Counted from the stretch's first letter, positions 17,246-28,630 are shown. The stretch: 64,000 nucleotides of DNA from Methanobacteriota archaeon (GCA_963719035.1 CAVRAO010000011.1:32001-96000); one strand, 5' to 3'. Numbers and translations are program-made. Notes: a model not told the origin generated them from the sequence alone.

Positions 17246-19000
17246 ATGACCCATCGAAGCGTTTCTCCGCCGTACGAGTATATTACCACTGAAGGGCGCC
17301 TTGCTGCCATCCTTGAGCGTATCGCGCCTTCGTCGGTTATGGCAATAGCGCTTGGAACCACGGGTCCTGACACCTTCGTTGACCGCATACGGGTCCTCCA
17401 ATTGGCAGTACCAGATCACCCCCCGGCAGTTATTGATTGTGCCCAGGTGCCCGAAGAGGGGCTGGCGAAGTTGCAGGAGCTCTTTGAGCTACCGGTCGTC
17501 AAGGTAGTGCATAACGGAAAGCTCGCCCTCAAGTTCCTCTGTCAGGCCGGATTTGGCCTATCCAGCCCATATTTCGATACGATGCTTGCCTCGCAACTGC
17601 TTAATGGTGGGTTGATGGATGCACGACACGATCTGAAAACCGTGGCAAAAGCGTATCTTGACGAGTACTTGCCGGAAACGTGCGGCATTATGCGAGCGGG
17701 CCCCCTTACCGATCAGCAGCTTCGATGTGCCGGACAAACGGTCAGCGTGGTCTTGAGCCTCCATGCGGCGTTATCCGAGCGCATCGCGAGCGCCGGCCTC
17801 ACCGACTGCATGCGTTTAGAGTGCAACTGCCTTCCCGCGGTTGCGGCAATTGAGCGCAACGGCATGCTCATGGACATGGGGCAATGGCGGACGTTGCAGG
17901 ATACGTATAACGAGTTAGAGGAGAGTCTCGCGCATGAGGTGCGCCGCGAGCTGACGACGTCGGGGCAGCGTACCCTCGGTGACGTTGCTGCCATCAATCT
18001 CGGTAGCCCCCACCAGGTGAAGCGTGCCCTCAGAAGCGCAGGTGTTCCTGTCCGCAACGTGCGCGAGGACGAGTTGCTTAAGTATGAGAAGTTGCATCCC
18101 GCGATCCCTCTTTATATTCGCTACAAGCACGTCTTGAAGCTCAAAAACGGCTTTTTGGATGCCCTCCCTCGGCACGTCCACCCGTTGACGGGAAGGGTAC
18201 ACCCCACCTTTCTTCAGGTCGGCACGGTAAACGGGAGATTCGCATGCCGCGATCCCAACCTGCAGCAAATTCCGAGAGACGGGACGGTGAGGGGGTGTTT
18301 CGTTGCGGCACGCGATCATCGTCTTGTGATCGCCGACTACGCCCAATTTGAGCTGCGCGTCATTGCGGACATCAGCGGCGATGAGACCATGACACGGGCG
18401 TTCCAACGGGGGGAGGACTTGCATAGGCTGACCGCATCGCTCGTGCTCGATACGCCCCTTGACCAGGTGACGAAGGACGAGCGCCTTATCGCAAAGGTGC
18501 TGAACATCGGTCTTATCTACGGAATGGGCGCACGGAGCTTACGGCGATATGCGAATTACATCTACGGTGTACACTTCACCCTCGAAGATGCGTTTGAATT
18601 TCGTAGGCGTTTCTTTGAGGCGTACTCAGGCGTGCGGGCGTTCCACCGGAGTATGGGCACCACACCACTGGTCTCTATCCGGACCCTAAGTGGAAGAATA
18701 CGCAGGTGGGCAGACGGCCAAGATCCAAAGCTGACTGAACTGCTGAACACCCGGGTACAGGGGACTGCCGCGGATATTATGAAACGGGCGGTGCCCTCCC
18801 TCCACGAAGCGCTTAGTGCGAGGGCAAAAATCGTCTGCTGTGTGCACGACGAGTTGCTGGTCGAAGCGCCGCAGGCACGCGCTGCTGAGGTCGCTGAGAC
18901 CGTCGCCTACCACATGCGAGCGGCAGGAACTGAGTTTTTGCGAACTGTCCCTCTTGACGTCGACGTGGCGATTGCTCGGAGCTGGGCGGGGAAGGTGTGA
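17246..19000 (+). CDS. polA: Family A DNA polymerase (exo + pol domains, no 5' nuclease), degenerate ExoI
   Basis: Motif A ADYAQFELR, motif B RLIAKVLNIGLIYG, motif C VHDELLVE; ExoI reads IALGTTG. Confidence 0.92.
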   Translation: MTHRSVSPPYEYITTEGRLAAILERIAPSSVMAIALGTTGPDTFVDRIRVLQLAVPDHPPAVIDCAQVPEEGLAKLQELFELPVVKVVHNGKLALKFLCQAGFGLSSPYFDTMLASQLLNGGLMDARHDLKTVAKAYLDEYLPETCGIMRAGPLTDQQLRCAGQTVSVVLSLHAALSERIASAGLTDCMRLECNCLPAVAAIERNGMLMDMGQWRTLQDTYNELEESLAHEVRRELTTSGQRTLGDVAAINLGSPHQVKRALRSAGVPVRNVREDELLKYEKLHPAIPLYIRYKHVLKLKNGFLDALPRHVHPLTGRVHPTFLQVGTVNGRFACRDPNLQQIPRDGTVRGCFVAARDHRLVIADYAQFELRVIADISGDETMTRAFQRGEDLHRLTASLVLDTPLDQVTKDERLIAKVLNIGLIYGMGARSLRRYANYIYGVHFTLEDAFEFRRRFFEAYSGVRAFHRSMGTTPLVSIRTLSGRIRRWADGQDPKLTELLNTRVQGTAADIMKRAVPSLHEALSARAKIVCCVHDELLVEAPQARAAEVAETVAYHMRAAGTEFLRTVPLDVDVAIARSWAGKV

Positions 19001-19100
19001 CGTGTTTGTCGGAATCCTTCGCGCTTTTGTCAAGAGAGCCCTCCAGCGCGCGTGAGCAGCGTGAGCAATTACCGTCGGGAAACGGCGACCCTCGTCCAGA

Positions 19101-19256
19101 TCACACTCTTCGCACTTTTTTCAACTTTACCGGCTTAAACTGTGCACAACCCTCGGGACGGTATGATGTATGGCTGGCAAACCGTCGCGTCGGCTCCATT
19201 TTTTCAGGCACAGGACAAAGCTGATAGAAGTGCTTACATGAAAGACACAGCAACAT
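19101..19256 (-). CDS. Small basic 4-Cys (Zn-binding?) protein
   Basis: MLLCLSCKHFYQLC...GCAQFKP; GGAGG-like RBS upstream. Confidence 0.45.
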   Translation of the reverse strand: MLLCLSCKHFYQLCPVPEKMEPTRRFASHTSYRPEGCAQFKPVKLKKVRRV

Positions 19257-19550
19257 CGTGGCCTCCTTGGTTTTGTGCGCAGTTGGGTTTTTCGTAAGCA
19301 AGTGGTGAAACTAACAGGACCGCGCGACTACGCAGCGACGTGTTTCATTCTTGCCAAAATCGCCTGAGCTAAAAAAAAAGCGTGTCGGCCATGAGCGCCT
19401 TACTTCTCCTTCTTGTCACGCGCGTTTGACTAGTGTTTACAACGTTCAAGAAGTACAACCGGTTGAGGTTCTTCTAGGGGTGCCCTAAATAGAAACCCTT
19501 ATAAACGTTCTACTTTGTGTTGATCATCACGAGCTGTTTGCGAGGTACTT

Positions 19551-21917
19551 ATGAAAGCTGTTAAACTTATTTCTCCACTTGTTGCGCTGCTCCTTATCAC
19601 CGTCTTCTTTGCCGGCGGTGTGACGATCACCGCTGCGACAAACGTAACGACGAATAGCACATTAACTGGCGATCCCACAACAACGCCGAGTGCTAGTCAA
19701 GCCGCTACCGTCGGCGCAGGGACTATAACGACCAGCATTAGCGCATCTGTAGATAAACAAAACGTCGCTGCAACTGAACAGTTTAACATCACCGGCAAGC
19801 TCACAGACAGTTCGAATGCAGGAATCCCCAACCAAACGGTTAACCTCGACAGATGGAACGGCGTCACGTATGTTTACACCGGCGTGAGGACGATCACTGA
19901 CGAAGATGGCAACTACAAGCTCAATCACTCGGAGTCCGTGGCTGGCACGTATAACTACTCATCTAACTTCACTGGTTTTGCCACCTATAGTGCGAGCCAC
20001 TCTTCTCCAAACGTCATCGTCACGGTTGCGGATCGGAAACCGACCGCACTTACGCTCGTCGTTGACAATACGAACCCATTCTCTAGCGAAACCTTTCACT
20101 TCACCGGACTGCTTACGAATTTGACCGGCGGCATTCCCGACGCTCGGGTTGAGCTGCAGCGTTCGTTAGATAACAGGGTTTGGTCGAGCGCCTCTGCCGC
20201 GGCTAAGACCGCTAACGGCACGGACGGACAAAGCGGGACGTTTGGTTTCGCCGGCGCCATTACTGGCGGCGGCACCGTCTACTTCCGCGCGAACTACAGC
20301 GGCAACTTCACTTACAAACCGGCCTACAGTCAAGCCCTAGTAGTCAATGTACTCAAACCAGAGACCAATATGGCTGACTTCCAGGTCAACAACGCCAATC
20401 CGATAACCGATCAAGCCATTTACTGGGCAGGCCACCTTAAAACAAATGCGACTGCTTCGAACCCCTCAAAGGCGCTTGCAGGTCAGCTCGTTTACTTGGA
20501 AGTGTCGGGAGAGGGTGTTTATTGGCAGCAAGTAAGCGATCCATTCGTGACTGACGCTGCGGGTTTATTTGCCTTTACAGGCGCTCTCGGGGCAACCGGC
20601 ACCTACTACTTCCGCGCCCACTTCTTCGGAACCGATGATGCCCGCGAGTCGGCAAGCCCTATTGTAACGGTAAAGGTCACGAGCTCCACAGCCAAGCTAC
20701 CGAGCGACCTTTCTATATTGGCATCGCCGCCGAATCCAATTGAGGGACAACTCGTCTACATCTACGGTGTGGCACGAAGCAAAGAGACTTATCCAGTTGC
20801 GTTTGCAGACGCTAAAGTCTACCTCTATTGGTCGTTAGATGGCAGCACAGGCTGGTCCTTGGCTTCTAGCAGCCCAAGTGTCGCCAACGCTTCGGGTGTC
20901 TACGCTTTCGCTGGTTCGCTTACCAAAGGCACCTACTACTTCCGCACCCACTACGACGGGAGTGCCAAGTACGAAGCGGTTGATAGTTCACCTCTGAAAG
21001 TTACTTGCACGGGGGGGCAATCTACCACGACGACCCTTACTGCGTCAACCGACACCCCCGCCATCGGCAAACCCGTCACCCTCACCGCCACCCTCAAGAG
21101 CGGCACCGCCCTCGCCGGCAAATCCGTCACCATCTACCACTACCTCAACAACGTCCGCTATAACGACTTCACCGGGACCACCGACGCTAACGGCCAGATC
21201 ACCCTCACCCAGACCTTTAGCTCTGCCGGCCAACGCCCCTACTACGCCACCTTCGCGGGTGACAGCTCCTACACCGCATCAACGAGCACCGTCGTCAACA
21301 TCAAAGTTGGAGCGACGCAGGTCGACTTCAAAGCGTCCACCACCGCCCCCGCCGTCGGCAAACCCGTCACCCTCACCGCCACCCTCAAGAGCGGCACCAC
21401 CGCTCTCTCCGGCAAATCCGTCACCATCTACCACTACCTCAACAACGTCCGCTATAACGACTTCACCGGGACCACCGACGCTAACGGCCAGATCACCCTC
21501 ACCCAGACCTTTAGCTCTGCCGGCCAACGCCCCTACTATGCCACCTTCGCGGGTGACAGCTCCTTCGCCTCATCAACGAGCACCGTCGTCAACATCAACG
21601 TCGGCGCAAGCAGCGAAAACACCACAACTATAGTTCTCCAAGCGTCCACCACCGCCCCCGCCGTCGGCAAACCAGTCACCCTCACCGCCACCCTCAAGAG
21701 CGGCACCACCGCTCTCTCCGGCAAATCCGTCACCATCTACCACTACCTCAACAACGTCCGCTACGACGATACCACCAAGACCACCAACGGTAACGGCCAG
21801 ATCATCCTCACGCAGACTTTTAGCTCTGCCGGCCAACGCCCCTACTATGCCACCTTCGCGGGTGACAGCTCCTACGCCTCATCAACGAGCACCGTCGTCA
21901 ACATCAACGTGCAATAG
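19551..21917 (+). CDS. Secreted Ig-like repeat surface protein
   Basis: Signal peptide, Thr/Ser-rich beta repeats, three YYATFAGDSS repeats at C-terminus. Confidence 0.88.
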   Translation: MKAVKLISPLVALLLITVFFAGGVTITAATNVTTNSTLTGDPTTTPSASQAATVGAGTITTSISASVDKQNVAATEQFNITGKLTDSSNAGIPNQTVNLDRWNGVTYVYTGVRTITDEDGNYKLNHSESVAGTYNYSSNFTGFATYSASHSSPNVIVTVADRKPTALTLVVDNTNPFSSETFHFTGLLTNLTGGIPDARVELQRSLDNRVWSSASAAAKTANGTDGQSGTFGFAGAITGGGTVYFRANYSGNFTYKPAYSQALVVNVLKPETNMADFQVNNANPITDQAIYWAGHLKTNATASNPSKALAGQLVYLEVSGEGVYWQQVSDPFVTDAAGLFAFTGALGATGTYYFRAHFFGTDDARESASPIVTVKVTSSTAKLPSDLSILASPPNPIEGQLVYIYGVARSKETYPVAFADAKVYLYWSLDGSTGWSLASSSPSVANASGVYAFAGSLTKGTYYFRTHYDGSAKYEAVDSSPLKVTCTGGQSTTTTLTASTDTPAIGKPVTLTATLKSGTALAGKSVTIYHYLNNVRYNDFTGTTDANGQITLTQTFSSAGQRPYYATFAGDSSYTASTSTVVNIKVGATQVDFKASTTAPAVGKPVTLTATLKSGTTALSGKSVTIYHYLNNVRYNDFTGTTDANGQITLTQTFSSAGQRPYYATFAGDSSFASSTSTVVNINVGASSENTTTIVLQASTTAPAVGKPVTLTATLKSGTTALSGKSVTIYHYLNNVRYDDTTKTTNGNGQIILTQTFSSAGQRPYYATFAGDSSYASSTSTVVNINVQ
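21042..21910 (+). repeat. Three near-identical ~270-300 bp intragenic repeats
   Basis: Units start near 21042, 21333 and 21642. Confidence 0.95.
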
Positions 21918-22473
21918 TTCGTAAGCGCTTTAGAAAAAGACCTCGCGACGAGAACGTGGTTTTCATTTGATGCTGGAAGCTTCACCGAGTTGAAGGTGTA
22001 AGTAGTGCGGCATCGCTGCGCGCTCTCTTCAAGCAGGGCGCAGCTCGCTAGGTCATCTGTCCCAGAGCAAGCTTACGTATTGCGCAAGTGAATTCGGGAA
22101 GCTACAATGATTGGTGGCTAAAATAGCTTTTCTGCAGCGTAGGGAATAAAACACGTGACGGGCCACTTGGTGGCAAAGAAACCCTGTGCTGTAGCCGTGT
22201 CCGCGCGTGCGCCCGGGCTCAGCTCGATATAGGTGCGCTGAATCTAATGAGAAACTACTTGTGCTGCAGGGTTAGTAAGCTCGCCCGTCTTACTGTCTTA
22301 CTTGCATGGTCGTGTATGCCTGCAGCCCCCTCTATGACTGTCTTCCGGATCATCAAGCACACTAATCGAATCTACGCATCTTATCAGCTTTTCATATCTT
22401 CGATCATCCCTACTGACGTTAAGATTTTAAGCTCTTCGAAAATATTATCTCCGGTAGGTGAGGACAGAGGGCT

Positions 22474-22950
22474 ATGAAAACGATCGTTATCTGTGTTTCT
22501 ATTCACCACGGCAATACGAAAAAAATCGCGGATGCGATCGCAGACGTCCTTCATGCCCAGGTATGCACGCCTGGAAAAGTGGATGCGGCCATGCTCGACG
22601 ATTGCGACCTAATCGGCGTTGGCTCCGGCATCTACTACGGACAGCATCATCAAAGCTTGCTCGATTTCGTAGACAACCTCCCGCTGCTTCACAAACAAGC
22701 GTTCGTCTTTTCGACCCGAGGCGGTGCGCTCGATCATAACCATGAGCCGCTTAAGCAACGACTGGAAAGAAAGGGGCTTCGCATTATCGCAGAGTTCTCC
22801 TGTAAAGGATTGGACACGTCGGGGGTATTCAACTACATCGGCGGCATAAACAATAATCGGCCAAACGACAATGACTTGAGCGACGCGCGGGCGTTTGCAC
22901 GCACGCTCCTCGAGCACCCTCACGCGAAACAGGCGGAACCGCCGGATTGA
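22474..22950 (+). CDS. Flavodoxin family protein
   Basis: SIHHGNTKKIA, GSGIY, FSTRG; paralog at 61971..62435. Confidence 0.9.
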   Translation: MKTIVICVSIHHGNTKKIADAIADVLHAQVCTPGKVDAAMLDDCDLIGVGSGIYYGQHHQSLLDFVDNLPLLHKQAFVFSTRGGALDHNHEPLKQRLERKGLRIIAEFSCKGLDTSGVFNYIGGINNNRPNDNDLSDARAFARTLLEHPHAKQAEPPD

Positions 22951-23726
22951 TCAAAAGGATTGACCAGATGAAGCAATGGTACGAAGAACTCTTCGAAAAC
23001 GCTGCTAAGTCGTATGATAAAGAGCCGTTTGTAAAAGGAACGCACGGCGAAGTTGACTTTATTGAAAAGGAGCTCGCGTACGATAAAAGCGCCCCCGTCT
23101 TAGACATAGGGTGTGGAACCGGCCGACACGCCATTGAACTGGCAAAAAGAGGGTTCGCAGTAACTGCCGTTGATTTGTCCGCGACGCAGTTGGATCTTGC
23201 GCGCGTGAAAGCCGCAGCAGCAAACGTTCCCGTTCAGTTTGTGAGGGCTGACGCTCGCCATCTTAACTACAGCGCTCAATTTGACGCTGTGATTATGGTT
23301 TGTGAGGGTGCGTTCCCCTTGATGGAAACGGACGAGATGAATTTTGAGATACTAAAGAACGCGTTCCGCGCACTCAGACAAGGCGGCGTGTTTATCCTTA
23401 CCACTCTGAACGGACTGTTTCCTTTGTTCCATTCTGTCAAGGACTATATTAACGAGCATCAAGATCACGACAGCATCAAGGCGAGCACGTTCGATCTTAT
23501 GACGTTTCGAGACTATTCAGAATATGAACACGTTGACGATGACGGAAACAAGCACCCCATCAAATGCAACGAGCGCTACTACGTCCCGTCTGAAATTACC
23601 TGGCTGCTAAAAATGGTCGGATTCTCAGAAATCGACATATACGCGGCGGAACTGGGGAATTGGAGCCGCGACAAAAAACTGACCACGGAAGATTTGGAGA
23701 TGTTAGTGGTTACAAGAAAAGAGTAA
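22947..23726 (+). CDS. Class I SAM-dependent methyltransferase
   Basis: VLDIGCGTGRH, VDLS, ADAR. Confidence 0.9.
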   Translation: MIKRIDQMKQWYEELFENAAKSYDKEPFVKGTHGEVDFIEKELAYDKSAPVLDIGCGTGRHAIELAKRGFAVTAVDLSATQLDLARVKAAAANVPVQFVRADARHLNYSAQFDAVIMVCEGAFPLMETDEMNFEILKNAFRALRQGGVFILTTLNGLFPLFHSVKDYINEHQDHDSIKASTFDLMTFRDYSEYEHVDDDGNKHPIKCNERYYVPSEITWLLKMVGFSEIDIYAAELGNWSRDKKLTTEDLEMLVVTRKE

Positions 23727-23996
23727 GAGCCTCGTAAAAAGCGCAACGCGCAGCTTAGTGCGTACAAAGTCAAAGGTCCTTGTGCAACCACGCGACCGAA
23801 TTTAGCGTCTCTCATTACAAAAAGGCATCAATTTGTTTGGTCGCGCCTGTTCTCTTCTTGTCTGCTACGCCATCGCTCGAGGAAATACTCGATTTATCCC
23901 ATCCAATCATTCAAAACAGTGGCCTGAATGGAAACGATTAAGTCCGCCCATCTCATTCATGGTTTAATCCGATAACAGAACTAAGAGGGTGTAGAA

Positions 23997-24713
23997 ATGA
24001 AAAATACTGGATTAGCGAGTTGGGTGGTCGTAATCTCTCTTGCGCTGGCGATGTTTTGCGCAGGTTGTACCTCGTCAACGACGCCGAGCCCAAGTGTGGG
24101 CACTTCCACTAACAACGCAACGGCACTTGGAGCGGCGATCACAGTGGTACAAGGACAGAACTTTACTATCCAGCTGCAATCGAATCCGTCAACGGGCTAC
24201 CACTGGGAACCAACCTATGACAACTCTTCTATCACCTTCATTAATCGAGCGTTTATAGCCAGCAGCGCTCCAACGCTCGGAGCGCCGGGCGCAGACACGT
24301 TTGCCTTCAAAGGCACAAAACAGGGAACGAGCATCATCACGTTCAATAACATAAGTCCATCGAACGTGACAGCAAATAGCGTGAATTACACCGTCACATG
24401 TACGACGACAAACGTGACGCAAGGAAACGCTGCGCTCGTTTCACAAGGACAGAACTTTACTATCCAGCTGCAAACGAATCCGTCAACGGGCTACCACTGG
24501 GAACCAACCTATGACAATTCTACTATTACCCTGATCAATAGGGCGTTTGCGAGCAGCGTTAGCACCGAGAGCGCTATCGTTGGAGCGGGCGGCACCGACT
24601 TGTTTACCTTCAAAGGCACAAAACAGGGAACGAGCATCATCACGTTCAATAACATAAGTCCATCGAACGTGACAGCAAATAGCGTGAGTTACACCGTCGT
24701 CATACAGTCGTAA
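23997..24713 (+). CDS. Lipoprotein with two chagasin/I42 protease-inhibitor domains
   Basis: FCAGC lipobox; two NPSTGYHW...GA(P/G)G units, near-identical DNA duplication. Confidence 0.88.
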   Translation: MKNTGLASWVVVISLALAMFCAGCTSSTTPSPSVGTSTNNATALGAAITVVQGQNFTIQLQSNPSTGYHWEPTYDNSSITFINRAFIASSAPTLGAPGADTFAFKGTKQGTSIITFNNISPSNVTANSVNYTVTCTTTNVTQGNAALVSQGQNFTIQLQTNPSTGYHWEPTYDNSTITLINRAFASSVSTESAIVGAGGTDLFTFKGTKQGTSIITFNNISPSNVTANSVSYTVVIQS

Positions 24714-25179
24714 GGGCATTCGCCCTTCTCTTTGTTTGTGATCTCCCCTCCTGTCGCCGCGGTTTATGAAGGACGCGCGGGTGTGCTGCAGCAGAGCCTT
24801 CACTACTCCCAGCTATACCCCAGGCTGCAGTGTTTGGACCCGTTTCTTTTAGACCTGGCGCTGCAGTTTATGAGTGGTGCTGACGAGTAAGCTGGACACA
24901 TAAAGCACTCGACTGCATATTGCGTCGAGATCGATTGCATACGCACAAGAAAGCGTGACACCATCGACTACGCAGCACACGCACAACTATAAAGCGATGA
25001 TATCGCGACGCAGTCGATCCGCAAGGAAAGGATGAGCTTCCGTTTTTCGTCGCAGGACGTGCCGTCGAAGCAATCACAAAGTACGGCCCGCTCACAACTT
25101 CCAAGTGCAGCTCAGAAAAGCAAACATTACTTAGAAAAAGAGGGTGATAGGTAAATTTGCTTGAGTGCAAAGGCGGTGT

Positions 25180-25951
25180 ATGAAAATGAAATCACTGTGG
25201 AAAGGATCGATAGCGTTTGGACTGGTGAACATCCCTATAAAACTCTACTCAGCGATCGAACAAAAGCCACTTCAGAACGCGGCTCTTGCACAGAGACAAG
25301 CTCTCACCGATTCGATACAAGAAATGGTGCGACGCCTGCACGGAAGAGGTCTCATCGGATGAGATCGTACGGGGAATCGAGGTCGGCCCGGACAAATATG
25401 TCGTTATAAGCGAAGACGAGCTCCGATCCATCAGACCGGAAAAATCCACCTGGATAGAGATCGTCGAGTTTATTCACTCCCATCAGATAGATCCGATCTT
25501 TTTTAACGCCCACTACTACGTTGGTCCGGAAAGACCAAAGGACAAGACGTATTTTTTATTCAGGGACGTGCTCCGCCAGACCGGGAAAACCGCAATCGGC
25601 AAGTTTGTCATGCGGGAAAAGGAGCATGTGTGCGCAATCGAAGCCTACCGAGAGGCGTTACTTCTAACGACGCTGAACTACGACTACGAGATTAGGGACA
25701 TCAAGCGAGTCGACGGTCTTGCGGAGGAGCCGTCGATTTCACAAGCGGAAATGGACCTCGCGAGACAACTCCTCGGCCAGATCACCGTCGATGAGTTTGA
25801 CATCACTCAGTTTCACGACACGTTTGAGGACGAGCTCCAGCAGCTCGTTGCAAAAAAAGCCCGGGGTGAAACGATTAGCGTCGAAAAGATCGAATACCAC
25901 GCGACTCCCGTAGAGAACCTCATCGAAGCGTTGAAGGCAAGTCTCAAATGA
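25180..25951 (+). CDS. ku: Ku protein (frameshift near 25277)
   Basis: MKSLWKGSIAFGLVNIPIKLYSA then PIRYKKWC...IVRG...NLIEALKASL. Confidence 0.9.
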
Positions 25952-26823
25952 TGCTCGCTGCCACCGGCACGCGTGAGATTCTGCAATCTAAGTCATACAT
26001 CTTCGAGCCTAAGCTGGACGGTTATCGGGCGCTCTGCCAAAAAAGGGGAGGGACGTTACGATTGCTATCACGAAACAACCGGGACATTACCCTTGAGTTT
26101 CCAGGACTGTCGTTTGGCGATCACATTAACGCCGATTGCACGCTTGACGGCGAGATCGTGATATACGACGAAAAGGGGAACCCCTCATTTGCGCTCATGC
26201 AACAGCGAAAGCACCACCGTCCGCCGCCAACCTACGTCGCGTTTGACATACTCGAGCTGGAAGGCCGGGATCTGCGGAGGCTGCCACTTTCAGAGAGGAA
26301 GCGGCTGCTTGCTGAGGTCGTTGAGGAAGGGGGGAATTTACAGCTGATGCCAAGCACTGAAAACGGAGCAGCGCTCTGGAACGTCGTTACCACAAGAGGC
26401 CTTGAAGGAGTGATGGCAAAGAAAAAGGAAAGCGTCTACGTCACTGGACGATCCCGCGCTTGGCTTAAGATCAAGCTCGAAAAAACGGTCGATTCCGTTA
26501 TCGTCGGGTATGCAACGAAGACGAGGGAGATCGCTTCGTTGGCACTTGGGTTGTATGACGGGGCGACCCTCACTTATATTGGACAGGTCGGCACGGGCTT
26601 TAGCGAGTCGCTCCTTGAAAAACTTAGCAAGGACCTCGTCCGGGCAAGTAACGACGTTGCTCTTCCCACGAATGTGCGCCCGGTCGTTCCCGATAAAGTG
26701 TGTGAGGTCAAGTACCTTGAATATACGAAGGACGGTCGGTTAAGGGCACCGGTGTTCTTGCGGATACGCGATGACAAGTCTCCGAGCGAATGCACGATCG
26801 ACCAGGTGATAAAAGGTGCTTGA
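25948..26823 (+). CDS. ligD: ATP-dependent DNA ligase (LigD ligase module)
   Basis: EPKLDGYR, LDGEIV, AFDIL, EGVMAK, WLKIK, LRAPVF. Confidence 0.92.
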   Translation: MMLAATGTREILQSKSYIFEPKLDGYRALCQKRGGTLRLLSRNNRDITLEFPGLSFGDHINADCTLDGEIVIYDEKGNPSFALMQQRKHHRPPPTYVAFDILELEGRDLRRLPLSERKRLLAEVVEEGGNLQLMPSTENGAALWNVVTTRGLEGVMAKKKESVYVTGRSRAWLKIKLEKTVDSVIVGYATKTREIASLALGLYDGATLTYIGQVGTGFSESLLEKLSKDLVRASNDVALPTNVRPVVPDKVCEVKYLEYTKDGRLRAPVFLRIRDDKSPSECTIDQVIKGA

Positions 26824-28158
26824 GGAGTACAGGAAAAAAAGGGACTTTGCTAAAACCGCCGAACCAGCGCCTGAGCAGTTGGAAAGCGAGCACGCGATCT
26901 ACGTCGTGCAGAAGCATAACGCGAGGCGAATACACTTTGACTTTCGCCTTGAGCACGATGGCGTCCTTAAGAGCTGGGCGGTTCCCAAGGGGCTCTCGGA
27001 CGACCCGCAGGATAAGCGGCTTGCGATCAGAACAGAGGACCATCCTGTCGCTTACGCGGCGTTCTCTGGCGAGATACCGCAAGGTGAGTACGGGGCCGGG
27101 ACCGTCGAGATCTGGGATAGGGGAAAATTTGTCAATATCACCATAAAGGGCGGAAAGGTTCAGCCGCTTAGCGAGGCGTTGGCAAAGGGACACTTCATTA
27201 TCTATCTGAAGGGTGACAAGCTCAACGGGTCCTACGCATTCACGCGTCTTGACAACGACGAGTGGGTAATCGTCAAAAAAAAGGAGAAGCCTCACCTGAG
27301 TACCGACATAGACGTTAGGGGGCACCGTATCAAGATAACGCATCCTGAAAAAGAGCTCGATGAGGGGATAACAAAAGCAGAGCTTGTGGAATACTATCGC
27401 AACGTTGCACCGTTGATGCTGCCCCATATTAAAGACAGATTCCTCTCGATGTTCAGGTTTCCCGAAGGGGTGCGCGGAGAGAAGTTCTTCCAAAAGAATA
27501 TCCCCGATTATTTTCCTGAGTGGATAGAAAGCAAGTGCCTGGAACACGAAAGCGGCGTGACCTGTTATGCGATCGTTAAGGACGAAGCAGCGATCGTCTA
27601 CATCAGTAATCAGGTTGTTGTGCCCCACATCACGGTCACGCGAATTGACAAACCTGACCTTCCTGACAAGATGATATTTGACCTCGACCCGTCTCGACCC
27701 GACGTGCCATCGCTCAAGTCAGCCGCAGTTAAGTTGAAGGGCTTTCTTGAAGCTTTAGGGTTTAAACCGTATATCATGACGACGGGGGGGAGGGCTATCA
27801 CGTTGCGGTGCCCGTCAAGCGCGAGCTTGACAACAGAGGCGTCCGAGACTTTGCCCTCAAGATCGCTCAGACCCTCGCTAAGCAAGACGACACCGTAACG
27901 ACGGAGCTAAGCACGGAAAAAAGAAAGGGACGAATCTTCATCGACGTAAACCGGATATCTGCGATGCAGACCGCGGTGGCACCGTACGCGGCACGATCAG
28001 AACCGGGCCTTCCTATTGCGAGCCCGTTTCCTTGGGACGAGCTGCCAAACATCAATCCAACGTCGTACACCATCAGAAACTACCCGAAAGAGGATGCATG
28101 GGAAAATTTCTTTTCAAATGCTGTGTCAATACGGGGTATCCTTAAGAACCTCGCGTAA
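26816..28158 (+). CDS. LigD phosphoesterase-polymerase fusion (frameshift in G-run near 27790)
   Basis: LEEYRKKRDF..VVQKHNARRIHFDFRLE..SWAVPKG (PE); FFQK, FDLDP, TTGG, FIDVNR..APY (Pol). Confidence 0.88.
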
Positions 28159-28465
28159 ACGCTCTTGAGAACGGAGCGTTGAAGGGTTTTAAACTTACAC
28201 CTCACCGGGGTTTACCCCCTTCTCTTTTCCACTTCAAACTATACCGGCTTTGTCATATCCTTGAGTACTACTCGCCTTAAGTCGCCTGCTCTCTCGAGCA
28301 TCACGCGCGAACAATTTCCCAGCCTCTCAGCCATTGCTGCACTGCCGTACAAACGGATCCATCCACACACCCGGTCGTGTGACACAGACCCTTTGTCACG
28401 CTTTTCCACGAAATCGCAGCCTCACGCGGCCTTATGACAGCACTCCGTGTAGTCTTGATTCGGAG

Positions 28466-28630
28466 ATGAGCGTGATGGCAACAAACGCAGCGACCATAAA
28501 AAACGGGGCCTGTCTCTACGGCCTTCGCTTCGGCTGTGTGAACACCACAAACGACCCGAACTGCAACAAGTGCGCAGAGCGCCTCGCCAATGCGGTGAAC
28601 AACGTGCTCAGGCCACGGCACACAAACTAA
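28466..28630 (+). CDS. 54-aa 4-Cys peptide (copy 1)
   Basis: GGAG RBS; conserved with copy 2; CLYGLRFGC...CNKC. Confidence 0.65.
   Translation: MSVMATNAATIKNGACLYGLRFGCVNTTNDPNCNKCAERLANAVNNVLRPRHTN

Noticed and set aside
21042-24700. Diversity-generating retroelement template/variable repeats in Ig or chagasin duplications
   Set aside because: No reverse transcriptase in the window, and all copies are in-frame coding duplications.
26708-27628. 306-aa minus-strand ORF and similar long antisense ORFs over polA, carB, btuC and photolyase
   Set aside because: Shadow frames of well-supported genes with no recognisable motifs.
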